Shown piece after piece: positions 13,050-24,911 of a stretch of DNA of 64,000 nt (positions within the stretch are counted from its first letter, which is position 1; each line of letters starts with the position of its first letter). A program made the translations under genes and the position numbers. The DNA is from Sphyrna mokarran (taxonomy: Eukaryota), in NCBI GenBank assembly GCA_024679065.1, contig JAGIQG010000012.1, forward strand, positions 54,498,001 to 54,562,000, given 5' to 3'. The notes beneath the pieces were generated by a model. It saw only the letters and a list, made by a program, of their open reading frames with translations. It ran no database searches and was not told the DNA's origin.

Positions 13050-14015
13050 AAATCAGTCTTCCATATCCCTCCATCCCCATTCTATTCACGTGCCCATCTA
13101 AGTATCTCTTAAATAACTCCAGATTGCCTGCCTCCACCACTTTAATTGACAATGCGTTCCATACCCCTACAACCCTCTGTGTGAAAAACTCCCTCTAGCA
13201 TCTAAATTATACCTTGCCTCCCTCACTTTAAGCCTGTGATCCCACGTGGTATTTGATTCCAACCTAGGAAAAAGCTTACCATTGTTTACTCTATCTATAG
13301 CCTTCATAATCTTGTACACCTCTATTAGATCTCCTCTCAGTCTATGTCTTTCTAAAGAAAACAGCCCTAATTTGCCTAACCCCTCCCTGTAACTCAGACC
13401 TTTCCATACCAGGCAGCATCTGGTAAACCTCCTCTGCACTCTCTCCAGACTCTCCACATCCTTCTGGTAGTAAGGCGATCAGAACTGGAAGCAATATTCC
13501 AAATGAGGTCTAACCAACGTTCTTTACAACTGCAACATTAAAGGCCAGCTCTTGTACTCTATACCCCTTCCTATAAAGGGTAGCATAACATATGCTTTCT
13601 TTGCAACCTTCCCCACCTGCTCTGCCACCTTCAGAGACTTGTGCACCTGAACCCTCAGGTCCCTCTGTGTTTCTATACTCTTAATAGGCCTACCCTTTAT
13701 CATATACTTCCCTCCTACATTCTTTCTCCCGAAATGCATCACCTCACATTTATCAGGATTAAATTCCATCTGCCATCTGTCTGCCCAAGCTACCAGCCTA
13801 TCTATGTCCTGCTGCATCTCCTGACAATGCTCCTCACTATCTGCAAGTCCAGCCATCTTTGTATAGTCTGCAAACTTGCTGATCACACCACTTACTCTCT
13901 CTTCCAAGTCATTTATATATTACAAATAGAAGAGGTCCCAGTACTGAGCCCTGTGGCACACCACTAGTGACTGACCTCCAGCTAGAAAGTCACCCTTCCA
14001 CTATTACTCTCTGCC
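13050..14015 (-). mobile_element. CR1 LINE ORF2 fragment (relatively intact)
   Basis: ISKFADYTKM...QQDIDRLVAWADRWQMEFNPDKCEVMHFG...LERVQRRFTR...LRGDLIEVYKIM. Confidence 0.95.
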
Positions 14016-14899
14016 TGATCACACCCCCCCACAACAATTCCTGAACCCTTCCTTTCCCAGAGCATCTCAGTGTCCAGCCCATCTCCCCCAGCAGTGGTGA
14101 TCCCCCATCACCGCTTCCATCACAGCAGACCCCCCCCCAACTGCTGAGCACCCACCCCTAAAACTTCAAACCCCCGATGGGAGGCAGACTCCCTGAAAGA
14201 AGGCAGACCCTCCCAGTAGACCACCCACTTAATCCACCCCAATCACTGGCCTCCCTCCAGCCTAGACCAATGCCCATGCAGATTGGCAGTGGGACACTCC
14301 AACCCCACCAATTGCCCCCTCTGCCCTCCTTACAACAAGCCCTGCCCCTTGGCACCGGCATGGTCACTTTACCACTTGGGCAGTTAAAGGGGGCACGGGC
14401 TGATACTGCTGCCCTACCCCCGCAAGGTTCTGATTGGCCCCCTATTCATTCCAATGGTGTCTGCCGCTAGTTCCCGTATAAGGGAAGCTACTCTAAACCC
14501 CACCTTACGGGGTGGGAGATGCTACTGAACCTGGAAAATCCCGACAGCGACTGTTCCCTGTCTCTGGGAGACGCACATGCATCAGGAACGCATGCACAAG
14601 TCTCACAAAATGGCCAACATGCAATCTTCCCGACTCAAGCTACCAAACAATTTGTGAGTCGCGATAGGAAAATCACCCCCAACATTCAGAGGGCAGTGGC
14701 CCAGAGGTCTTCTGACATTCCTTTCATCGAATGGCCACCAAACACATTTCAGCCAGGCAAAGCACACTGCACAGGGAAAAATAAAACGTTTGTAAAAAAA
14801 GAATTAAGAGCCAGGGAGATATTTTTGGAATGCTAAAGTGCCTTTCGTCCTTCCAATAAAATTTTAGCTACCCTCTCCCAGAAGATTGAACCAGTCTGT

Positions 14900-15600
14900 T
14901 TGCAAACTTGGTTTCATACTTGATGAGCTTCTGATCACATATCCATATATCATCACTATGTCTGTCTAAATCCACCCCCGTTATATTGCCCAATGCTGCC
15001 TGTCTCAGCTAATTGCTGCTGAAAGCCCCATCCAAGTATTCCTTCAGACTTGACTATTCCAATGCAATCCTTGCCAATCTCCCACATCCTGCCCTACTTA
15101 AACTTGAGCACATCCAAAAGCCTGCTGCCTGTGACCTTACTTGAGTCAAACTCCCCTCATCTTTTACCCCCATGATCGTGCAACAACGGTTGCTGATTAA
15201 ACAATGTCTTAATTTTAAAATTCTCACCCTTTGTTTTTAAATCACTCTATAGTTTCCCCCTCCTCCCTTTGTCATCCCTTTCAGCCCTACAATAATATCT
15301 GGGCTCTTCCAGTTGTAGACTTTTCAACATCTCTGCTTTTAATCATTTAACAATCAACTGTGCCTTTAACGACCTAGGCCCTAACCTCTGGAATTCATCT
15401 CTCAGAAATTCACCCTTCTCCAACTTGTCTTTCTCCTCCTTCTTAAAACATACTTCTTTGATCAAGATTTTGGTCACTTGCTCTATTATTTCCTGATGTG
15501 TCTTGGTGTCATGTTTTGCTTCATAATGCCCCTGTGAATCACTTTGGGAAATTTTACTGAGCTTAAGATGCCATGTGAATACAAGGTGTTGTTGCTCATG
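14900..15600 (+). mobile_element. L2-like LINE 3' fragment
   Basis: agacttgactattccaatgc...tttaaaattctc...ggccctaacctctggaattc; 3' end ataaat/gttgttg-like. Confidence 0.65.
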
Positions 15601-15604
15601 ACAT

Positions 15605-15988
15605 CTTAATGATCTATGTATGTGGACTGCCAAGTCTCTTTGGCCCTCAAACTTTAAGGCTTAGAAAATAGTCTGTTTATATGTGAAAAGGGAGAGACCT
15701 CGCAGACGCCAACATTGAAATTCATTTGTCTCAAGTATTACCCATCAAATCCACCTTGTAATTTTATGCATCCATTTATATTATTTACAATACCATCTTT
15801 GTGTCTTTTGCGCATTTGGAGAAATGGCCTTCTTGCTTGTTATCAATATTGTTAGTGAATGAGGTGAATAATTAAAGCTCCCACACAGATCTTTGCATAA
15901 CATCACCAGCCATATCCCATCAATTAGAATATCTTTTATCCCTACTCTCTGTCCTCTTTCATTCATCCAATTTCCTAACCAGGTCAAT
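15605..15988 (-). mobile_element. Degenerate CR1 RT fragment
   Basis: WLGNWMNERGQRVGI motif. Confidence 0.6.
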
Positions 15989-16069
15989 GGCCCAAACTGT
16001 CTGGTCTCCAGATTGTCGGAGACCTAATGTACAACCAAGATGTGCGCTGACCTTGTACTGACCTCCATG

Positions 16070-16520
16070 GCCACTCCTGCACCACCCTCCTGATTTACTT
16101 ACCTATCCTGCACTAGCCACCCTCCCGATCCTCCAACCATTACCCCAATCACCTCTCCCCACCACTCAGCTCTCCCTTTGACACCCCCCCATCCAACTCT
16201 CTTTCAACACCCATCCATCTCAACCCTGACTAACTCCCAACATCCCCTGAGTATCCCTACGGACCACAACTCCCAACCATCCAACTATCCCTGATCATCC
16301 AATTAGCTCCCAATCACTCAACTCTCTCACAAACCATCTGACTACCTTTCCCAACCACCAACTAACACCCCAATCCCTACCTACCATTCCAACCCATACC
16401 CACCATCTCTTCTTACTGTGCTATCCATCCAACCACCTGACTATCCTCTCCGCCCCCAGTGATCTGACTTCTCCCAAATAGACCTGATCAGGTCCTGACC
16501 TGACTAGCCCTAAGTCCCAC
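16070..16520. repeat. C-rich low-complexity tract
   Basis: Degenerate ccaacc/ctaccc units, strongly G-depleted on the plus strand. Confidence 0.7.
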
Positions 16521-16734
16521 TGTAGGACTTGATAGTCAAGAAAGGTGTGTTTATAATATGTTATAAAACAGGTTATCAACTTGTAAATCCTTCCAACATA
16601 CAAGAGCAATTACTGATCAATCATATAATGGAAAGAAAATTGGAGCCTTTATCATTACTATTCATAGCTCTGGACCACAACGTGCATGTAAAAGTGCAAC
16701 CCGCTGTGGGGAGACAGGGTACAAGGGAGGGGTA

Positions 16735-16905
16735 GATGAGGTTCGTTCAGATGGCAGGGTTGCTAGTGTGGATCAGATTGGTCCTAACAGCAAGGAGTTT
16801 GATCCCTGTTCTGGTTGGGGTGGGTTTAAGGACTTTGTCTCCTTGCTCTATTCATGGTGGAGTCCAAGGCGCTAAGGATGGGACCTGCCTTTGGGTAGAG
16901 AAAAG
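16735..16905 (+). mobile_element. Old tRNA-derived SINE
   Basis: A-box/B-box-like gttcgttcagatgg...gagtttgatccc; similar to the head at 59820. Confidence 0.5.
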
Positions 16906-17099
16906 GAAAAGAAGGAGAAAAGAAAACATTTTGGAGCTCAATTCTGCAGCCAACGTGCTCTCCTAAGCAGACACAGCTGAATACCTGTTCAGCAACAGGA
17001 AGGACTTGTTCTACCAGCCCTATTTTGAAAGGGTCATCAGATTAGCTGCTTGTTTTCTTCTTGCTGTTGCTATGACTCTACAAATATTTGCTGATTTTA

Positions 17100-20080
17100 A
17101 TAGAATAGGTTGGAGAGCAGAAGTGTCCTCCTATGAAATCTTGCTGGAAACAAGACCATGTGTCTCATTTTCAGCAATGTTCAAGTTCCATGCTGCCAAA
17201 CGAATACCGTCTTCCTAAGAGAGGACAGCAGATTTGTACACCATGGAATCATTGCCACTGCCCAGGGCAGCACCTCAACAATCCTGTAATCTGTGGGTAT
17301 ACAGATTGCTGCACTGGAGTAACAGTCTGCAAACCCTCTTTGCAAACTGCAATCCCTAGCCATGTACAGCAGTAGACGGAGCTACCACTCAGCATTTAAA
17401 TATTAGGGGCTTGTTCCTTCTGCTGCTTTGGAAAAAGAGGCATTGCCCATCAGGTGCTGCATCAGTGTTCTATCCTGTGAATGGTATTGCCCAGTACTTT
17501 CATACTGGGAAGGCAAAGATATGGACTGTGCAAACCGTGTGCCAGATAGGTTCCTCCATTTCCTTTGGCATTGACTGCAAGATTTCTGGCAGATCTGACA
17601 ATTTACCAAGCGCATTCCTATCAGTGTCCTGCTATGGCTTGCTCCACTAAATTGTTCATTTAAGTCCTCTGCAGCGGAATCTGTGTGCGACCTTACTCTC
17701 CTGCAAGTTATGGAGAGGCATGTGGGCACAGTGATTAGCATTGCTGCCTCACAGCACCAGGAACTTCGTTTCTACTCCTGGTTTGGGTCTATATTTGTGT
17801 AGAGTTTGGACATTCTTCCCGTGTCTGTGTGGGTTTTCTCCAAGTGCTCTGGTTTCCTCACATAGACCAAAGATGCGCAGCTAAGGTGGATTGGCTGTGC
17901 TAAATTGCCCCTTAGTGTCGGAAGAATAGTTAGGATAAATGCATGGGGTCACGGGGATAGGACCTAAGTGGGATTGTCAGTGGTGCAGACTTGAGGGACC
18001 AAATGGCCTCCTTCTGCATAATCCTTGCACCTTGTTCTGGCTGTAGTATACAAGTGCCTGCTGTCTCTCCATGTGCAGTTCCCATCTTGAATCTGTCACA
18101 TACGCCTGGATCTTCACTTGTAAGGCAGGTAGCGTGAGTGAGTGAACTTCCCAGTCTGCCACACACAACCCGAGAGAAAGTCCCTCAAATGATGTGATCT
18201 CTGTTCTGAATACAGAATAGACTTCGGCTTGCCACCCTCAGCACAAATTGTAGGTGGCCATCAAGGCTGTGGTTATTGAGATAGACTGTTTAAAGGGCTC
18301 TCCTCAATTCTTTATCCCAGTTGTTTCATTAAATTCAAGGCTGTATAACCCTCACCCTCACACCATGTCAATCACCATCAGCTTGCCATGAGATCTTCGT
18401 ATGGCCATGCTAACTCATGCCCCCCAGCTCTCCCATGGCCACTTACAGTCCCATGCGAAGTTAATGCCAATGCATGCCAAGCTACCAACTGCCCTTGGTC
18501 CTTAGACCTTCTATGCCAAATCACCCTGTATTCCAGACCTCAGCACCTATGTTGAGATGAAATAAAGATCTGAATATCTAATACAGTCTTCACTATATTT
18601 TTAAAAAAACTTCTACTCATTAAAGCCCATTCAAAACTAAGCACTTGGTATGTCACAACATTCAAGGCTATGGACTGATAAATGGGATTAGATGGAAAGC
18701 CAGTTGTTTCACACACGTTGTGCAGACTCAAGAGGCCAAAAGGCCTCTTGTGCACTATATGATTCAGTTCCTAGTTCTTTACAAAAACAAAGCTCTACTC
18801 GTAACACTACATCAAAGATTGCTAATCCTTTAATAATCTCTTTGAGTTGTCAAACTGTGAATTTAGAAATGCCTGCTGAGATAATTATAGCTTGTAGAAA
18901 ACAGCCAAGTGTTCATAATTACACAATGATAGTCCTTGGGGAAAAGCCACATCCGAGTCCCACCCACCTTTTCTTAAGATCTGCCGAGTCTCCACAACTC
19001 TACGAAAATCCACGCCTCAACATCAGTAAATAAGATTTTGGGTGTTAATTAAGGAAGGGATTTTCCAGCCAAGCTCACCCCAACACTGGAAAATCCTGCC
19101 CGAGGTCAACAGACCTTTGCATGGTCTGCTCTCCCTGCCCGCTATACTTCCAGTGGCGGGCGGGGCGGGAAAATATATTGTCCTGTCTTCACAATCAAGT
19201 TCCTTCTTGGTGCTCCTTCAGTGGTTGGCCGTATTGTATCTGAAAGCAAAAAGGGCGCAAGAGAAAAGTTCTAATGTGGTCAATCGGACACTAGAGGACA
19301 GTGATGATGGTGGAAAGTAGGAGATGCAAATTTATACCATATGCAGCTTATAAATCAGATCAGAGTGTGGATGAGTCACAAATGAGCATTGAGAAGGAGG
19401 ATTAGATATGAGGATGCTATCATTTTCTATGGATTTAATGTTTTTGTTGATCTGTTATTAACTGTGGACATTCCAACAATGGCCAGTGCTGTCAACTCCA
19501 AAGGGCTTAGAATATACTCTCTTGGTGCACTGCACTATGTCCTCAGAACTTGACTCCTGATAATAACCTACAATGTCTGCTCCCATTTCCTTGTGAACAA
19601 GTGCTCGGAGATTTTCCTGTTCCCTGCAGATACAGGCCATCTCTCCTCCATCCCAGTTGCACCAATAAGAGTTTAAATGCTCCATCTGAAGTCTGTGGAG
19701 CCAGATCTCTCTCATACTGTGTCATTCTTCACCATTTCCCAGATCAGATTCACTTCCTGCACAATTAACTGAAGCTGCTCCAATTACAACACAGCTTCCC
19801 TTTAAGAGGTGCACCAGTCATAACTCAGCCCCCCTTTAAGAGTCCATCAGTCATAAGAAAGCTTCCCTTTAAGAAGTGCTTACCAGCTTTAAGTGGAATC
19901 AAGAGGTCACAATTTTGGGTCTCCTGCTGACGCATCTAGGCAATGAACGTTGCGGTTAGCGTTAGTTGCAGGGAGGAATCATGCAGATGAGCAAGCAGCA
20001 CAAAATTGGCATGCTACTTGCATGACAATGAATTGGCATGGGCTAATTGCCCACTGCAATCCCCATGCTCAATTTAGCCT
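17100..20080 (-). mobile_element. Harbinger fossil (Myb/SANT-like gene remnants)
   Basis: 19725-19543 gives MTQYERDLAPQTSDGAFKLLLVQLGWRRDGLY, homologous to 34303 and 39220. ~17700-17560 gives SAAEDLNEQFSG..IGM, homologous to 40880-41000. Confidence 0.6.
17716..18019 (+). mobile_element. HE1-type V-SINE
   Basis: ggcacagtgattagcattgctgcctcacagc head and full body. Confidence 0.92.
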
Positions 20081-20630
20081 CCTGCAAGTTTTATTGACAT
20101 TGTAATATATAAACTTATGGCAGTTTGAAAGTGTAAAATGCCTTTAAACTGAGAAATTAGCAGCAGAACGGGTTATATAGTTGGATGCAGTCTGTAACAT
20201 TGGACGTCTGATTAATTAGATAATTGATGGAAGCGCAGCGAGTTTAAAAATGATGCTTAAAACTTAAAGTAGTCTCAACCAGAACTGGGAAAGAAATGTG
20301 TCACTTAACTATATCAAATGAAGCACACTCTTATTAGCACAGTTGTAGCTGCTGTTCCATTTTATTCATTCAGCAAATTGCAAATCCCCTTCACAACTTC
20401 AGTCCCATATCCTGCAGCTCATTGTTTTGAAATTACAGTTCTTTATTACTTAAGACTCAAATTAGGGACTACTCACACTACTTTTATTTTCTTCACAATT
20501 ACACCTTAGGTTAAATTCTGAATGAAGAATCTCTAATTTGTACAGGTGTCCTGTTCAGATTCTGATCTGAGTTGGAATGTTCTGAATATACTCAGATTTA
20601 ATATGCACAGTACACATAGCAACTATTTTA

Positions 20631-20836
20631 TCACAACACCAGATTGAAGTCCAACACGTTTATTTGCAACATGAACTTTCGCAGCACTGTCCCTTCACCA
20701 GGTGAAGGCATTCAGCTGATGAAGGGGCAGTGCTCTAAAAGTTAGTGCTACCACATAAACTTGTTAGACTTTAACGTGGTGTTGTGAGACTACTTCCTGT
20801 ATCTACTTCAGTCCAACTCTGGCAACTCCACATCAT
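20631..20836. mobile_element. Penelope-like fold-back mini-element with TSD
   Basis: Inverted arms 20631-20704 and 20712-20787; AACTATTTTATCA repeated at 20621-20633 and 20837-20849. Confidence 0.8.
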
Positions 20837-21380
20837 AACTATTTTATCAATATGGAAAAATGTCATTTGCTTTAATTCATCTGCATTTTTATTTGCCGGA
20901 TTAAATGAACTAGATGGTGGAATGTATTCGTACATTGGTATTTAAAAAAAATGCTTCATTTATGGGATTGGTGTGTATATTCGAGAGAAACATTTAATTC
21001 CACTATTCATTTTAAGACTTCCCTCCCAGAAAATACATAAACTCTACTAACAGAATAACAAATACTCAAAAAGCATCAACTTCATATAAAATCCTTTAAT
21101 TTTATCAATAACTTCAGTGTCTGTGTAGATGAAATACCTATCAATCACCTTGCATGTTTGATCATTGACATTGAATTATCTCCAAGCCCAAACCAATTAA
21201 GACAGATTATATCCACCCAGAGTTTTGGAACAGTTAAAAGCACTTAAAAGCGTAATGTGTAAAAGACAACATGAATAAATCTTTTCAGCTTGTTAGAGAT
21301 TTGAATAAAGCCCTTAAAGTAAGAATGAACACCACCAGAACTTTTATCCTGAATAATGATAGAAAGCACAGTTATCATTC

Positions 21381-21718
21381 AGCGTAGTGGCACAGTAACA
21401 GAATGGTTAGCACTACTGACTCACAGCACCCGGGTCTGAATCCCGATTTGGGTCACTATCCATGTGGAGTTTGTACATTCTCCCTTGTGTCTGTGTGGGT
21501 TTCTTCCAGGTGCTCCAGTTTCCTCCCACAGTCCAAAGGTGTGTGTGTGTTGGGTGAATTGGCCATGCTAAATTGCGCCTGAGTATCAGAGGGTGGGGGG
21601 GAGGGGGGGCGGTGCTAGCTAGACAAAACAATGGGGATAGGGCCTGGGTGGGATTGTGGTCAGTGCAGACTCAATGGGCCAAATGGCCTCATTTGCACTG
21701 TAGGATTCAATGATTCTA
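21381..21718 (+). mobile_element. HE1-type V-SINE
   Basis: Head, V-domain and tail as in the other copies. Confidence 0.92.
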
Positions 21719-22984
21719 AACCTCTAATGTGCAGTGATTATAATTGTCATTCTGGGAACCGGTGGAAAATTGGCAGCTGTGAATTACACAATTGGATATT
21801 TTTTTTTGCTGCAACTGGTTGAGCTGGGCCTCTCTTGCTCCAGACTCCCAGCCAACTCCCTGATCACACTCTCCCCAATCTCCATGTACCATTCCAGTGT
21901 TAGGAAGTGTTCCTTTGGCTCCTGGAGGCTGATTCCAAATGGTTTTTAATGGGGTTGGGCAGTTGTTTCCTATTGACTCTTTGGCTGTTTAGATTAAGAA
22001 ATCAGCATGCAACATGCCAACAAGGACTGGCTGTTAAATTGTTTTACATTCCTTTTTATTTTTCTCCTAAAATTAATGACGAGAAGATAATGTGGTGTAT
22101 AATAGTTATGTGGAAAGCTACAGGCAAGGATATCCCGTACTTGCAGCTAAACAAATAAAGACAATATGACAACTAGAGGTAATTGCAGGCGGGGGAGGGG
22201 GGGAGGAGTTTGTGGGGATAATCACGGCAAATATTGGAGGATGGGAGGTGCAGAGCAAAACTAATCAAAGGATCATGGTGATTTTCCAAGTAACTGAATG
22301 AAATAAATATTCTCATTCATTAGAAAGAATGAAAGATCAGAAACCTTAAAAATTTCAGTTCATCCCAAAAAATGTAAAAGTGCGAGGACCTTCAAGAACA
22401 ACACCCATCTTAACCCATCGTTGTTAGCTAGAGCAGGCCACAGCATCTCTGTCTGCATTCCCATCCAACCCATCAAGGTCAAAGAGGAAAGTTACTTTTC
22501 TCATATCTTTAGTTCAGCTAGAAGACATTAAGTTTCGAAAAAAAGGGGATTAACATCATTCAAGATCCTTATCCTAGCAGAGGTTGGTGACTCCAAGAGG
22601 GCGTCAAAGGAAACTCAATAGCCGGCATGACCATTGAGGAGATATCCTTAGGGGCATTAAGGGTGAAATTTCCCAGAAGAAACCCAGAAACTCCCCCTTA
22701 TAAACCCCTTTGATGTGTAGCAGATGGGTGGAGGATTCATCTGTGCTCCCCTCAACAAAAATTAAAAGGTCAGAGTTACAATAAACTCAGTGCCACCACA
22801 TTGTGTACTAAATTTCAGTCAGTAGCATATGGACTGTTTTCCTCCTTTTCCAGTCAAGAAATTTCAGAGCCTAAGGGTGGAAATTTTCCTTTCTTTACAC
22901 AGAGTGCTGTCTGAGCTGAGAAAACTGGCCTATAGCTGACAGGCTGTGCTGTTGGCTTTTCTTGCCATATTGTGTAACACTATG

Positions 22985-23690
22985 AGCAGGATTTTCCCAC
23001 TGCACTTGCCCTGAAATCGGAAAATCCTGCTCGAGGTTAACGAACCTTTTCATGGTCTGCCCCTTGCCTGCTACAATTCCCATGATGGGCCAAATGGGAA
23101 AATTCACCTCTATATTCCAAGGAAATCTCCCAATGTGGCCCATATTATCACACTGGCAGGTTGGCATCTAATAGAGACAACAATGTCCACTTAATGGAGA
23201 GCAAAGCTTCTTATTTAAAGGATGCTCTGATCTGCAACAACAAAAAAAATTCCCTCATGGAAAAAGGTGGGCTCACTCCACCTCATGGAGCTCCGCAGAG
23301 GCCCCCCCCCCCCCCCCCACGTCCTCTTCTGCACTGCAAGGTACTGCCCATCGTGTCCCTCTTCTCCGGGGGGCCCCTAGCAGATTCCCCCCACCTGGTT
23401 CCCATTTTTGAAAAGAGGTTTTAAATCGCACCAATGTGACGTCATGTTGGCAAGGGGGAAATTTCAAATGTAGTGGGATCATTTGGCAGGGATGCCTGCT
23501 GAATTATGCTAAAATTTACTGAAATGACCTTCTTGGGTAGGAACCTCGTTATGTCAATGAAGAGGGGTGGGAAGAAATGGCAAATGAGATCTCGCCAGCG
23601 AGATACTCCTTTTCCAAGTCTACTGAGATTTTACGCTCATGTTCTCGTTTCTGCTCAGGACAAACATGGGCACAAAATCACGGCCTAAGT
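22985..23690. mobile_element. Harbinger-type MITE cluster
   Basis: ggattttccc...ggaaaatcctgctcgagg motif shared with 19055-19175 and 42675-42780. Confidence 0.5.
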
Positions 23691-24911
23691 TTTCTTTAAA
23701 CTATTGTGAGAAACAGTGGAACAAACTTCACAAATCAAAACAGAAATCAGGCAGGGAAGCTTCGGCATTTATGCACTGATGCTTTTTAAAGCCGTGAGTC
23801 CAAATTAAAAGTTTAAAGTTTATTTATTTGTGTCACAAGTAGGCTTACATTAATACTGCAATGAAGTTACTGCAAAAATCCCCTAGTTGCCAAACTCAAT
23901 CTTCAGCCAATTTTCAGGGTTTATCTGTCCATCCATTTCGTTCTGTCTCTATTTATCCATCTGTCTGTCTATCTTTTTATCTCTAATATTTATCTCTACA
24001 TGCAATTTCAGACAAGGATGGAAGTTGGGATTGTGGAGCATTGATGGAACAACAAACTCCAATCAAATTTCACAGTGCCCTGAATCTGAGAAATCAAAAT
24101 AACTGTGCGCATATTAATCCTCATTCAGTTTGGCTTTGCACACTGCCACAGGCTGCTCATTTAAAAATCCTTGGTTCAGCCCTGTTAACTGCAGCACACT
24201 CTTCAGGATACAAAATCTTCTGAGAATATAGAGAAGTAGAGCTGTTTTGAGTAATGGAGGTGGCATTGCTGTTTATGTGTTAATCAGCAGGCGCTTGGTA
24301 GAATTTAATAAAATATTACGGTGTTGGGGATGACAATAGGATATTGATATTTACAATATCAGCAGCAACAATAAAAGATCCTATATTTGTTCTCATTCTC
24401 TCTACCTCAATCTTGCACATCTTTTGTTGTTAATACTTGAGGGTATCAGATCATCTTCTATTTTGCTTTTTTCACTCCATCTCAGTCACCTTGGCCCATA
24501 CCATTGAGTTTGAGAGCTACTTTGTGATTGCCCTGAAAAGGCATGCAGCAGTGGCTAAAAATGATGCCACCCCCTACCTTATTTTCTTTCCTCTAGTGTG
24601 GGTGGCATTTGATCTGTCAAGTAGTTAAGGTCAAGTGGGAAGGGAACTCTCAACTCCTCTTCCTGCAACATTAGAGCTCTGAAGTGTTGTGCTGCTAGTT
24701 CAAAGCAGTTTTGTGGTCATATATAGATTGCAGTAATCAAAGTTTTGAACAAATTCTGGCCACAATTACATGCATTCATGCAAATGAGTGAAACCCAATA
24801 TTAACTGTTTAGAGGTCCCATTGTCATGATGCTATAAAAACAAGACATAAAAGCTCAAGTATTCCAATTTTCTTGCATTTCCAAAAAATACACATTCTAC
24901 AAACTCAAGCA

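Larger units (their letters stand above)
12027..14681. mobile_element. Non-autonomous DNA transposon (Harbinger-like) with long internal inverted repeats and nested SINE/CR1
   Basis: GGGGCCGAATCTCC...GGAAAATCACCCC termini; inverted arms at 12159-12400 and 14430-14652. Confidence 0.55.

Noticed and set aside
17716-17790. tRNA-like A/B boxes in SINE heads
   Set aside because: They continue into SINE bodies and lack a full cloverleaf, so they are not tRNA genes.
1-24900. Exons of a neighbouring gene (USH2A follows ESRRG in human)
   Set aside because: No ORF or exon with recognisable similarity was found; the ORFs here are TE-derived or random.
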